Both the position numbers and the translations under genes were made by a program. Under the pieces are notes generated by a model. It was not told where the DNA came from and searched no databases. It worked only from the letters and a program-made list of their open reading frames with translations. A stretch of DNA of 64,000 bases from Nymphaea colorata (lineage: Eukaryota), in the NCBI RefSeq assembly GCF_008831285.2, contig NC_045138.2, positions 20,274,001 through 20,338,000 of the forward strand, in the 5' to 3' direction. Below, one piece after another: positions 37,819-51,336 of the stretch (position 1 is its first letter; each line of letters opens with the position of its first letter).

Positions 37819-40800
37819 TTTGTTATATCACCAAAGTTTGGGCTTGTATTGTAAAAGTTTGAATATCTGGAAAACTACACCGTTGATTTGGGAAGTTGAG
37901 GTACTTTTGCTTTGCTTCATTCAAAGGCACCCTTAGAACAGAGAAAGGCATAAAATTCATGGTACTCTAAGAACGATATTCTATATCGCATATCCTAAGC
38001 GCTTCATATTTGGACCAAGAGAAGAAAAGCAAATCAATTTACACAAGGCGTGGTCATTTCAGAGCAATTTTTCACATGATGTTTTATTTGGTAGAACAAT
38101 GCCATTTGGAACAGTGCTATAAAATGTCGAGGAGAAGAAAATAAAACTTCTCATAAAGGCTTTATTCTTTCTCAAACTTGTAGCCAAAGTGCCTTTAACT
38201 TTTTAAAAGGTCTTATTTTCACCTTCATCCTTTTATTTCTTTATTTTTTTTTTCTTTTTCTCACTTTTCCTTTGACTGCATTCAACCTTCTTTGGCAGTA
38301 CTTAAACCGTTTTAAAGGTTTAACATCTAAGATTGCTTAACACTTTTGTACGCATGTCAAAGTACATCCTCTACCATGTTTGAACTCTTGAGCAGAGCAA
38401 AGAAACAATATTTTTTCAAACTTTCTGCTTCACTATTCAAATATCTTTTTACAGCTTTACAGTAAGGTTGTTTGGTGAAGACCTGATTTTTTAATCGATT
38501 TTTGAGACCTCATCTGCTGTGTTCGGATGATACCAAAACTACATTTCGCTGGGAAAAACCTGGGGAAGTTTGCCAGATCATTCACCATCATTTTCAAAGC
38601 ATCATTTTGTCAAAATCAAAATTTTCACAAACTTGAATTTGAACGTCTTCCAGACACACTTTGAGCACTATTTTGGACATTTTGCCTCCAAAATGGCAGC
38701 ATTTTACCTCCATTATTTTGGACATTTTTTCAAAGTTTGTGCTGCGGAAGTTTTTGATCCATTTATTCACATGTTTTAATTTACTCCAACGGCTAGTAGA
38801 CAAAAACAAAAAGAAAGAAACAAAGAAAAGAATAAATAATGTACCTACATGTTATCGAGATAAAATTAAACATGCTAAAAGTATATATTCAACATATACG
38901 ATAGAAAGTGCCGAAAAAATGGATCCTCGTCTAAATTACATGTGCGTAGATGCCCATTCTAATGAAACTGGAATCTAAATTCAAAATTAGTTAGTGAACC
39001 TGAGTAAAAATCTATGACCAGATCTGGATTCACTGATCTTAAAATTTGGATGACCAATCAAATTTGAATCAAAATCATCTGACATCCACTTATCACTTTC
39101 CAGTCCACAGATGGGGCCAACGTATGGATCGGGTGTGTCAGCTACCTATTGGTTCACTTTAGGGGCAAAAGGTATATATATGTGTGTGTGTGTGTGTGAT
39201 TCTGTCTATTCCAAGTCATCCAGCTCATTCATGAGGATGATTTGGTCCATGTGATGAATGGTTGTGATAAAAACAATGAAACTTGGTTGCATCATCTTAA
39301 CAGAGAAAAATGAAGTATACTAACTTTCCCACTTTGTGTGCTGGATATTTTCTTGTCAACTTTGCTTTTTGTTCTCTTTGTTACTAACGTGATATGTCTT
39401 ATGTTTTATGCATATTACATATATAATGTTTATCTCATCTTCTTCATTGTGATATAGTTCATGTAATCATGTCATTTACAAATTTGAGTTTGCATACACA
39501 TGGAAAGTTCAAGTGCAAGAGTAAATAATGATATCAAATATTTTTTGACTGATGAAATACAACACAATAAAGCATAGTTGAAGATAGAGTTATTGGCTCC
39601 ACATGTGACACTGCTATGGACTTCTTATATAAACGACTTAAACACATTTCAAACTAATCCGGTGTATCATGAGTTAACATTATACTTTATGGCCGTAAAC
39701 AATTGTCACGCGATATGTTTTGTATGGATGCACCAATTTTTCTTTCTCTCGCTCAACTGCTCAAAGACAAAGGTATGTCATAGGATACAAGACAGGTAGC
39801 TATTGAAGAATAATTTCCATATTTATGATGGTGATTGGAAAGAATAATGATGTCGAGTGTCATATTTTCTCACTATAATAGTGATTGTTTGTATGATGTA
39901 TATTTTTAGACTTTATAGACACTTTTATGTGTGTTGTTTGTATGGACTCGTATATGCAGATTTCATGGAGTTTGATATGCACTATTTGTTGGACATGGCT
40001 TTGTACTTCATGGGTGTTACATTCATAAGATGAATCCAGAAATCCTTTGCACGCGTAAATCTGATTAGAACAATCATCTCTTTGATTACAGTAGGTTGCG
40101 ACAGTAGAGCATCTTGCAAGGTGGACAATCTTTGCGAGTGCATTTCCATCTACTATCGACCATTAGTAGGAAAATTTTTGTATCATCTTACCAAGTGCAA
40201 GGTTTTAGCTCCATAGAGCTTCAAAGGCATCAGTGCTTTGACAGGAAGGCATAGTCATGGATTGCTTGTTGCGTTCTTCAGACATGGAGCAATCAAGTCA
40301 CCTTTTATGAAACAAGGTTTGATGCATCTGTCTACTAAAAAAACCTACTCCAATTTATGTCGACACTGGTTTTGGAAATTTACTTTGTTTTTGGTGGCCT
40401 TGGTGTCGACACGACAAGGAGAAGATAGCCCACACTGTCTAGTGCTTGAAGAACGTCGTTTTAGCACTTCAATGCCCTAATAAGCAAGAAAGCACGGCAT
40501 GGAACAAGCCGGAGATGATGCTTTTGCTATTCAGAAACTTGACCATATGAATGACAGCGGTTGAAGTGTACATGGTTCGCATTTCGAAATCTGTCCATAA
40601 CTGTTAACTCCATGTGGCTAGTTTCAGCTGTTGGGATCTTTGCATAGAAGTGCTTTCTCAAATGGTTTTCTATTGGACTTCTAGACATGGTGTAGAAAAT
40701 TTTCTAGAGTTCTGGAAATTAGATGCTCTAGTTTAACAGCTGTTACTGACCCTGTGTTTCTCTGCTTTGCAAATTTTCTTTCTTTTTTGGAAATCTACTA

Positions 40801-43258
40801 TCCATTCCTTTATCAGAGTTCTTCTGAATTGAGCGCTTCAGCTTCCTGTTCTGTTTTGTCCTTCTAGGCATCTCACAACTCATAATGCCTTTTCCCATAA
40901 GAATCGTGTATGAGCAAGAGATTTATGACCAACTTCTTAAAAGTGATACAATTACGCACAGGAAAATTCCCCAAACATTCAAAAACTAGATGCATCTGTG
41001 CTATTTGGCATTTCTGATTTCCAAAGTTGAAATTTCTTGTAGCAACTAAATTCAAGATTTTCTTAGAATGGTGGCCATTTTTGGTGAAAGATATATTGAA
41101 CAAAGGGCATAACTGAGTTAAGAACTCAGAACAAAGAACCTTCAATCACCATGCTTTAAGCTGGGTGTGAGATTCAATAGACCCTTCTGAAACAACAGAT
41201 GTTATGTTCAAATTTACCGTTAAATTGAAATTTGAATAAGCGAAAAAAGACTGTTCTCTCTGTATTTGTGTGACAATTAAGCCTTTCAGAAAGCTGCAAC
41301 CTGCAGGGCCAAAGTCAATGATACTGAAGGCATACTGGATAAAGACCGGCGTTTGAAATTCTTTTACTAAATTCCTCTTTTAGTGTCATAATTTCTTTCA
41401 TAGCTATGATGCTTCTCATCGATGTTGTTATAGCTTATGTTTTCCTCTTTATAAACCAGTATTGTGGAGCTTGTACCACTAAATGGGCTCGTATGAATAT
41501 TCTTCTGCTTTTTAATGTTTCTGCATGACATGATATTTTCCTGAATTTATAATCTAGCACCATTGATCACCATAGCATCATGTTGCTTGTATTCTGCTAA
41601 TAATGAACACTCTCTTAAATCTTGTTTGAGATTGGATGCCACCTTTTCTTTTGCAATTTTTCCATCTGAAAATGGTTCATTTTAGCATTAGTACTGCGGG
41701 GTTTGGAAACCATACAGATCTTTTCATATGCTTTGCCAAAAATCATTTCTTTTGTACTCATAAATCATTCGGAAGTTTGCTTGTTTGATTTGGACAGGTG
41801 GTGATAGTTTTCATTACCCTTGCAACTTAGAATAATTGTTTCTCAACTACCATTTGAAGTTTTTTTTCAAAGGCGCCTCTAAAAACCAATTTTTTGCAAT
41901 CCAAATATAAACTTAGAAAACCTGGTTTTTCTCATGTTACAAAAAAAAATTAGAAAACTAGGCTTTCAGAAAAAAAGATTTTTTTTTTTTTTTTTACAAA
42001 GCCAGGTTTTGACAAAAAACCATTTTTTTAAGGGGGTGTATCCAAACTCAGTCGAGTTTGGTAGAAGCCCGAAAGGCACTTGTTTCGTAATATGGCGTCT
42101 CGTTCGTTTCCTTGGGAAATATATTCGATGCGTTTTCCATTTATGGGCGTATCACGAAAAGTGTGTGCGTCAGTCATCTGTTCTAGATAACCGAACCCAA
42201 AATAAAAGATGAGAGACGGTGGCAATCGAAGCATGGTCCACGAGAAGAGGATATTATCCAGATATAATTCTCGGTCTCCCTGAGCATCTATCCCTTGATT
42301 CTTTGGTTCTTCCTCTTGTCTTTGTTTGTCCCATTGCTTCTAGTTTTAAACGCACCGTGTGTTGGAGTTTTTGGAGGAAATTTCGATTTGGCCTTCTTCC
42401 AGAAAGCTTTTCTCGGGTACGCTTCATCCGCTTTTAAGACTTAACATCATATTTTTGTTACATGAATTTGCGGAATGCCGGAAGCCGTTGTTGGTATTTG
42501 TCATTCTAGGATCCAAGGCCTGTACTGTGTTATGATCTGCGTGTTGGTTAATTCTCATTTTCGGCTTTTCCTTTTGGTGGGTGTAAGTGTAACGTGTTTG
42601 AGTCGTTGAACTCGTCGAGAATTGCTTGATATGTTTTTGCATGTGCAAGTGCGTGGATTGACTCAGTTAACGTGTTCCCGTCTGGCTTCGCATGTTGAAT
42701 CGTTTTGGTGCTAAATTTAACCCCTCGTTTTTGCGGTTAGGTAATTATTTCGCATTGAGGATCTTTTGCAGCATGTCTCTCTCTCTAAACGAGAAAGACC
42801 GCTAGGAAGAGAAGATTTATTATCCCTCAAAATTCACTACCTTGAACTCCATCATCTACTGAATGGTATTACTTCCTAATTGCATACTTGAAGAAGACTC
42901 ATCGAGGCCACCAACTTGGAGAACGAACAGTCGTTCGGCAATCTAGTGCCGATTAACCGAAACTTTTCTATCAGATACTAATGCCTGCTGCATTGCTGTC
43001 TTAATATTTCATTAGCTGGAAGGACTAGGCCTTTGTTAAGATAGCAATAAAAGTACAATTCTAGTTTCATTTATTTAAGTTGTTATAAGTTGAGTTACTG
43101 CGAGCAGTGCGTGTTTGTAATAACTAGTAAATTCTCGTTGTTTCATAGGTTTAAATTTTGGGGGGTTTATTGCTGTTTTTTTTTTCCTATGAAGGAGTTA
43201 CTGGTGACTACAATTTTTTGCCTATGCACAGAATTGAAGGTGGGTTGTGCGTAGGAAA

Positions 43259-46200
43259 ATGGACAGATTGTGTGGTCCTGCTCGTGTCATGATAGTCTCG
43301 GATCTTGACCATACGATGGTATGCTATCTCGGATTGGTTTTGTGCCTTTTGACCATTTCCAGTTGCTTGTGTTGCATATGAACGAGATACTGAATTCTTA
43401 TAGGTCGTAAAACATAAACGATTGCATAAACAGTTAAACTTGTTTTGCAGGTTGATCATCATGATCCAGATGATTTGTCATTGCTTAGGTTCAATGCCTT
43501 ATGGGAAGCACATTATAGGCATGACTCGCTGTTAGTTTTCTCTACTGGAAGATCGCCTACACTTTACAGAAAGCTGAGGGAGCAGAAGCCAATGCTATCT
43601 CCTGATATAACTATAATGTCAGTGGGGACTGAGATAACATATGGTGAAGCTATGCTGCCAGATGATGGTTGGGAACATGTGCTGAACCAGAAATGGGATA
43701 GGGAGATAGTTATTGAAGAAGCATCCCATCTTTCACATCTCAAGTTCCAAGTAGGCTAGTTCTTGCTTAAATACTTACTGGAGACAATAATCTAGTTGTT
43801 ACTGAATAATAACTATAAGAACGTCTAGTAAAAGCAAGTTTGTTGAACATGTCATGATGTTCGTCCTGTTATGATTGTTTGAAAATTCTGCAGTCACCAA
43901 CTGAGCAACGACCGCACAAAGTTAGCTTCTATGTGGAAAAGGAGCGTGCCCAGGAAGCAATTGCCACATTCTCAAAGACACTAAAGGATCGTGGGGTAAG
44001 AGAGTTATTTGACATGTTAAAAGTCCAATGGAAGAACATACATGTGAGCATGAGTTTTATGTGTATATAGTGCAAAATCTTTCCACTTTCTAAAAGACAA
44101 ATTTTAAATGATTGACATTAGAAATCTTTAGGTTATGCCATCACCTTTTAAACTTCACAAGTCACAGTCCTTGTTTCCTTAATAGCAAGGCCTTATAATG
44201 AAACCATCCTGGAAGATTTGAAGGGCTGATTTGGCAGTATAATCATCTCCCATTTAGCTTTATAAAGCTTGAACATAACTACAGACAAGGATACACTGTC
44301 TGAAGATCTGGAACCTGTTGTTTTAAAGCCACTCTTATTTGTCTCTGTAGTTTCCGAGTAGTCAACCTGGACGAAAACAGCACTAATGCAAAATGAATCT
44401 CCACCTCTTTCTATATTTCTTCAGGGATACGTGCCACTTCAAGGAACAAAAGGATTGGTATATTGACCCACATCTCTCTGTAACCTTGCCCTCCCAAACA
44501 CATACATGCACAAGTTGATGTCACTAAGTAAACTGTCTTTTTCTTTTCTTTTCTTTGATTTCAATACCTCTTGCTTCTTTTAATCCTTGTCTTAGGAACA
44601 GGTTTCGTTTTTGCTCATGTAGTTGTTCATGTATACTGCACATAATGTGATTGTGGCTTATTTGTTTGTTCTACCGCAAGTAGTTCTCTTTTCTTGAAAG
44701 CTAACTCTCATTTTGCTCACCTGTTTTAGTTAGATGTGAAAATCATTTACAGTGGTGGCATTGATCTGGACATTTTACCCCAAGGGGCTGGTAAAGGACA
44801 AGCTCTGGCATATTTACTCAAAAAGTTCAATTCTGAGGGGAAGCTTCCCACAACTACTCTTGTATGTGGTGATTCAGGAAATGATGCAGATCTTTTCAGT
44901 GTGCCAGACGTTTATGGTGTCATGGTATGTCGCTCACAAGCAATATATTGTTCTTTACATAATTTAATATAAGTTGAGAGGCTAGGTACAGGCTTCTGCT
45001 TGTGTCCCTATTCATGTGAACGTTAACAAAAACTAAATAGATGGTTAACATTGAAGTTTTCAGCTTCCCAATTTTTAACATTGACCTTGAGTAAGGAACC
45101 AAATGGAACATCTGTGGGAGACAAATTTTGTGTGGTCTCATTTGGAATATACTGTCTTGACCATGTGAATCGATTAAATTGAAAAGTTTTCTTGTATATT
45201 TGTTGTAGCTTATACAGTTATATGTATGGCATGCTTATTACAATTTTATTGTTGTGTAACTTATTTGATTTGCAGGTCAGCAATGCTCAAGAAGAACTAT
45301 TGCAGTGGCATGCAGAAAATGCGAAGGACAACCCTAAAATAATTCATGCGACTGAGAGATGTGCATCTGGAATTATTGAAGCTCTTGGCCATTTCAGGTT
45401 AGGAGCTGCCATCTCTCCGAGGGACATCACTGATTATTCTCAGTACAAGACAGAGGGTTTCATTCCTGGGCTTGAAGTAGTAAAATTTTATTGCTTGTAT
45501 GAGAGATGGTGCCGTGCTGATACTGAAAATTCAGAGAAGCATCTGCAGGATATGAAACACACCTTTGTAAGTCATGCTTGATATAGTCACACTTTTTTCC
45601 ATTGCATTTTACTTTAAGCAGGCTTGCTTTAAGAACAGGTTTAATTATGAAAACTTATCTATTTATTGTGACAACAATAGATTTCTGTTTTCGTGATTGC
45701 TTGTGATATTTCTCCTCTTACAGTTTCATTCTGAATTTTGCAGTCTGCGAATGGAGTCACTGTCCACCCATGGGGTGCTGAACAGTCCTTCTCCGATGCT
45801 GTGGAGGCATTAAGGAATTGTTATGGTGATAAGCAGGGAAAACCATTTCGGGTATGGATTGACAGGATTTCAGGGCAACAAATTCATTCGGATACATGGG
45901 TTGTGAAGTTTCGTAAGTGGGAGTTTTATGGTCAGTGCCGCTCCACTTGCAAGAATATCAATCTGCTATTCCCCATTAATCCTATTGAATTTTGTATTGC
46001 ATTTCATGGCATAAGCATCGTGTTGCACCTAGATTTTTGAAATGATGGAACGTGACTTTATGAATTATAGGTCTACCTGTTATGATTTACATTCCAGTGA
46101 AGACTGTCCTAACATATCTTCTGTTTGCAGCTTGCAGCTTGTCTAAGACTCTGATGTTACTCCTATCTATTCTTCTAGTGAAATGATAGAGTTTAAAAAT

Positions 46201-46650
46201 AAAGTTCGTGGACAATATGATGTTTTCACTCCCTTTAATACTTCATTTATTACTTGACAAAGTACCGTGGCGTTTTAAAACTGCAGCTGCTCAACAATTC
46301 CCATGTCCAGGACGCTTAGATACTTGTTCACATTCGTGTAGCTCAGTGATGATCTGCCTTGTAGGTTTTTTTGTTCTCTTATTAGCACTCCATTTGCTCA
46401 TGTTGCTTCTAATTTCAGGGGAAGGGAGGCGAGGCTGCATCACAACTGCTATACTACAGTCAAAGGTAGTTCTTAGCAGGGATTTGAAACCATTTGTTTC
46501 CCTCGTTTAAATGAATGAGAATTTACCTTCAAGAAGCTTACTCTGAACTTTTAACAGGCCGGGCCATCAGAACAGTGCGTCTGGCTTCATCTGCATCAGA
46601 CATGGCTAAATGAGATGGGAATCATGGAGGAGAGTGGGTGGATATTCTAG
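43259..46650 (+). CDS. SPP: sucrose-phosphate phosphatase (sucrose-phosphatase), 8 coding exons, 424 aa
   Basis: Exons: 43259-43318, 43451-43750, 43894-43995, 44730-44924, 45276-45566, 45744-45930, 46419-46465, 46558-46650 (1275 nt, GT-AG). HAD motifs [29 protein letters not shown]; also [16 protein letters not shown] and the C-terminal S6PP_C region (W.HLHQTW). A 5' UTR exon probably lies near 42270-42417. Confidence 0.96.
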
Positions 46651-47224
46651 AAGGTGGGGAGATGCCTTATGCTGCACCACTTATATGTGTGAAAATTTAT
46701 TTATATTATCCAACAGGGGAGCATTATCTTTCTGAGTGCGAGTTAGCTGGTGTTTGGTTCAATAATGGTGCATCTCCCGCGTATTGAACTTCAAGCATCG
46801 TGTTAACAATGACCACCCATACAAAATAAGCGGTTCACCTGTTGTGTTTCTCATTATTTCTTTCAAAGTGACCATGATCTAGTAGTCCCACCTTGTTGCT
46901 GGGAGTGGACCTTCCACACGATGTTAACCCTACTTTTCCCCACATAAATAATGGATCGTATTCTTTACGTTTTTGTTAACACTCAACTGATGATCTCTGC
47001 TGAAAAAGTTTATGATTTGCCATCATCACATTTTGCTGTATACATGCACACGTTCTCAAACAACTGTTTCCTCCAATTGTCTAACTGAATGAAACGCCAA
47101 GAACAGTAACACCACCATTCTTTATTATCTTTTTTTTTTTTTTGTTGCATGATTGCTGATTTCTCCTTCCCATAGATGCTATCCATCTTCATTTGGTCTT
47201 CTTCTGTACTGAACACACGCACAC

Positions 47225-47227
<3 letters not shown>

Positions 47228-47266
<39 letters not shown>
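47228..47266. repeat. (GA)n microsatellite
   Basis: Perfect GA run. Confidence 0.95.
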
Positions 47267-47267
<1 letters not shown>

Positions 47268-48413
47268 ATAACTGTAGATGAATAGGAACGTCTCATATGA
47301 GATGAAATACAATGATAATTGATAAAGGCCACTGCAATCTGCTTCTGTGAAAAGTATGCACGTTCTCAACCAGCACCCTTGAAACCAACAGCCAAGCTCA
47401 CCCCACTGGTATTTGTAGCCTTCAATTTGGCATGTACCGCAGTATCACATGTCCCGCTTCGTCTTCCTGGACAAAGAAGCATGCTGAAGCAGAAACACAT
47501 GTTGATACGCCTTCAGTGAAGATACTGGCCGCAGGATATGGAGAATTTCCGGAAAGACATTCTTTTTGAATGTTGTCATGCCAAAGAAACACTGGAGACC
47601 TGATCCCAAATGAATCATGCAAGAATGCTTTTGAAAGCAGGAAGACAGAAAGCTCTTGGGAGATGAAATAGTTGAAATTGGCACTCCCCTTCTTTGTCAA
47701 CACCTCCCATATTCATTTTTCTAAGCAGCTAAACCTCAAGTGCTTATCGAACTCCATGAGAGTTTCATCTACACTGTCACTTAAAGTTCCCAAGCCGAGT
47801 TCAGGATACGGTCTAATTAAATGCAGAAGCCAATTTTAAATTATGTTGCTGTTACAAGGAGCTGAAATCCTCCAGTCATCTTGAACTTCGTTCAACCACG
47901 GCCACTTGATGGGAGGCTGGAGGATTTCTTCATCCAAACTCAGATAGAAAAAATCTGCAAATTCTTGTTAGTATATCCAAGATATCCACTAAATGGGAAT
48001 ATAATTTGATTTTAGAACTCGTTTATTCAAAATATGGAAAAAGAAATCAGATCTACCAGACTCAGTTATCGAATCTCACCGTCCTACATCTGTTAATGGG
48101 TCGGCCTGCCACCAACATAGGCGGCTTTCAATTGGATCCTTTTAAGAGATACTGGTACCTGATTTGGATAAGAAGAATACTGAATCTTAATGCAGAAAGC
48201 CATTCTCGAATCACAAATGGAAATCATAGATCTTAAGCAGTTCCAATTCGGTCTTGATAAGTCTGGTGCAGAGTCTTTCAAGCAAACCCTGCCCAGTGGC
48301 AGTCTTATAGGAATCTATTATGTTTTCAAAAAAATTTGTGGGGGCCAAACGAAAATTTCTGAAAGTTTAGCTGGTAAAATTTGTTTTTCTTAAATCTCAA
48401 GAGGGGCAGGGCT

Positions 48414-48783
48414 TAAGCCTGTGCATCTAGTCGGCGCGGCCTAGCCTGATAATGAGTCGGGCTCAAACCAGCCTAACACCCAAAACCTGGGTCCAGGCTC
48501 GGGCCGACAATTAAAACCCGAGCCTGAGCTCGGCCCAGAACCAGCCCGATTAAATTAAAAAAATATTTTTAGTATAAAATAATATATAAATATAATTAAC
48601 AGTAATAAAATTTTATAATTATATATATAAATTAATAAAATAAATATTTAAAAATGTATTGTGCCCACCTAGGCCGACCTGATAAATTATCAAATAGGCC
48701 CGGTGCTCTTTTTTTCAGGGCCGAGCCCAAGCTGAGCCGAATACCAGGTACCCGCTGGCGACTCAGCCCGATGCCCAGCCTTA
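48414..48783. mobile_element. hAT-type MITE (family C)
   Basis: Termini TAAGCCTGTGCAT ... ATGCCCAGCCTTA (11/13 inverted match); GCCCGA/TCGGGC subterminal motifs flank an AT-rich core; TSD eroded. Confidence 0.65.
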
Positions 48784-50239
48784 GTCGTGCTCCTCCTTTA
48801 TCCTGCCTGTTTACTCATCCAACGTGATTTAAATACTTGGCATGCTTAATAAAACACTCCTCCTTTCACAAGTTTTCTCAAATTTTGTTTGAATTGGATG
48901 TGAAGCTCGGTCTCAATTTTGATATTAATTATAAGAGACGGAAGCACGAGTGTTTCACTAATGAATATCTCATAGTCTAAATGTCTCAACTCGAGACGCG
49001 TGGCTTTGTTTGATAGCGATTACCCACAGAAGCCAACATAAGCTATTTATATATATTAATATCTCATGGCATAAACCATTTCTATATATTAATATCTCAT
49101 GGCCGTCTACTCATTCACATATTGGTAGCGTTTTGTAAGTTACAATTTGAAGTATGTGTCTTTCAACCAGAAACTAAATTTCTAGCTTTTGGATTCTGGA
49201 TCAGTCTTGCGTTTCAGATTTAAAGCTATTTTGGATCGATCTTGCATTTCAAATTTGAATATCCATCAAAGACACACCATTAAGGGGGCATTTGGCAATA
49301 AGAATACTAATATAGTGTTCCATGATTTTTTTTTTTAATTTGAGACAGATTTAAGAAACACTATATTTTAGCATCCACGAATCTACCTCGATATTTGAAA
49401 CACCTTAATAAAATACAATGTATTGGTATTTTTATTGCCAAACATTGAGGATATAACCATACTTGAAAGATCCATAGGTTACAAATGGATGGTTTACAAG
49501 TATATAATGTAATCTTTTTTTTTTCTTTTCAGTAACAAAAATCTAAAACCCTAAGATAGATCCACCTGGAATTTAAAATCCAAGGTAATGATCAGAAACA
49601 GGACTTCAATGGGTTGAATTCATTCAAATGCCATTTTGAATTCAATCTTTTTGTTTTGCAGCAAAAAGGTTTAAAAAAAATAAAATAAAATAATAATAAT
49701 AATAATAATATAAAAAATTCAAGCTATAAGGGTTCAGGTGACTAAACCTGAAACCAGGTACAAAGCCTGACAAGGATCTGACCCGATTCAATAAAACCGT
49801 CAGACCATATCCAATCAAACGAAATCCCATTGAATGGGATAAAGAAAAGGATTGATCCAGACTGAACCCGGACAGTTTATGTCGTCTTGCTCAGTCAAAG
49901 TCGTCGCTGGCGCTAGACAAGAGCCGTTGAGCGGGTGGTTGAGACAATTTTCACTTCAACACGACCTAGTAACAGAATTTTGACTTTGCCCCCTGTTTGA
50001 TTCACAGCTTTCCAGCGACCCCCTATCTTAAGAGAACTTATTTTTAAAGTTTAGACTTAGATTATCTGGATTGCAAGCCTCGATGAGGATGACATAGTTG
50101 GTCGGTTTTGAAGATACAGGGAGACAACATATCTATTTTCAGTTTGATTTATGTGCATGCTACTCTTCTACATTGTAGATCGTGGCAGGTTGGACGTTCA
50201 AGTTGAAGAGTGTATTGTGAGACCTCAGACCGATGAGTC

Positions 50240-50480
50240 TAGATATGTCAATAGATCGGGTTCAGATCAGATATATCTTGAATCATATTCATTTTTTTAG
50301 ACATTTGCTATTCGGATTTAAATTTAAATAAAGAAAAGTCCTACCAGAATCCGAATCTGAAATCTGATTCTACAATTTGAATCCAATTCGAATCTGAATT
50401 TTGAACTAGATTTTATGAATTTTTAAAATTTAATAGCATTACATACATGATATTCGTCTAAAAATGAATTTGAACCGGAT
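50240..50480. mobile_element. partial inverted copy of MITE family A
   Basis: 50390-50460 matches the reverse complement of about 5515-5585 (…aatttaatagcattacatacatgatatt…); begins with TIR-like TAGATATGTCAAT. Confidence 0.7.
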
Positions 50481-50847
50481 TTTGCCAAAAAAAAAATTTC
50501 TTATTGTTAATTTCATAAGACTTGTTGGGGTTCATCCTCTATTTAGAAAAGTCGAAAGTACGTAGTAGTTAAACCAATAAAAGGACGCCGCTTTTCACAA
50601 TTATGGTTAAAATGCGGGTGCCCAATGAAACTTTTCCTGAAAAGGAACGAAACGGGAAGCGGATGGTTTTGACGGTCAAACTGCGCCACGGCGACATTAA
50701 TGCTCAAGCGTTTCTCGCTGGACTTCGTTTTCCCGCTCTCGGAACACAATTCCTAGACAACTATTTCTTGTTGATTCTTCCCTGTAATTCCTCGTTTGGA
50801 GGAAGAAGAAGAAGAAGGGATTGTGTTATTGGCCTGCAACTGCAAGG

Positions 50848-51336
50848 ATGTGCCCTGAAGGCGTCGGATTCGTGGCGGTCATGGCGGTCTCCGGCAGCAT
50901 CCTCTACGCCGCCCTCAGGGCGCACCGGCAGCTCGTCTCCGACTTCAAGAAGCGGATAGAGTTTGAGTTCAGCGTTGAGAGTTCGCCAGGTATGTCTCTC
51001 TCTCTCTCACGATCCCCTCCTGGTTTCATTTTCCTTCTTAATTTGTGCTTTCCGGGTCTTGATGGCGTTGACCCTCCGCCAATGGCGTCTGCAGAGCACG
51101 GAGAGCCCGTGAAGAAGAGGGTGACCTTCGCGGACGACACCGCCGACCCTTGTTCCGATGGCAAGGAGTACAGGAAGAGAAGGTCGACGGTGGGAAAGCG
51201 GCGGGGCCGCAGGGCGAGGAACGAGGAAGAATCCGGCGATCGGCCGGTGGAGATTCCGGCAGATATGCCGCCGAACAGGATGGCGTTGTATAGGGGGCTC
51301 AGAGAAGAGAGAGCCGTGAGGGAGACGATCCATTGA
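50848..51336 (+). CDS. small uncharacterised plant protein (N-terminal hydrophobic segment, KKRVTF motif, C-terminal MPPNRMALYRG), 2 exons, 127 aa spliced
   Basis: ATG at 50848; exons 50848-50989 and 51095-51336 around a 105-nt GT-AG intron; GC-rich coding-like sequence. The motif layout (MAVSGS.., KKRVxFADD, MPxNRxALYxG) is one I recall from a conserved plant family of unknown function. Confidence 0.85.
   Translation: MCPEGVGFVAVMAVSGSILYAALRAHRQLVSDFKKRIEFEFSVESSPGMSLSLSRSPPGFIFLLNLCFPGLDGVDPPPMASAEHGEPVKKRVTFADDTADPCSDGKEYRKRRSTVGKRRGRRARNEEESGDRPVEIPADMPPNRMALYRGLREERAVRETIH

Noticed and set aside
40150..40195. YYRPLVGKFLYHLT resembling copia RT YRRLVGKLIYLT
   Set aside because: It is an isolated motif with no supporting neighbours, too weak to annotate.
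42030..42265. TATCCA sugar-response elements upstream of SPP
   Set aside because: A hexamer this short is expected by chance in AT-rich DNA; there is no support without conservation data.
47300..47710. Overlapping short ORFs and partial miR169/miR399-like 8-mers
   Set aside because: No recognisable domain, no ATG-led coding signature and no hairpin; the matches are too short.
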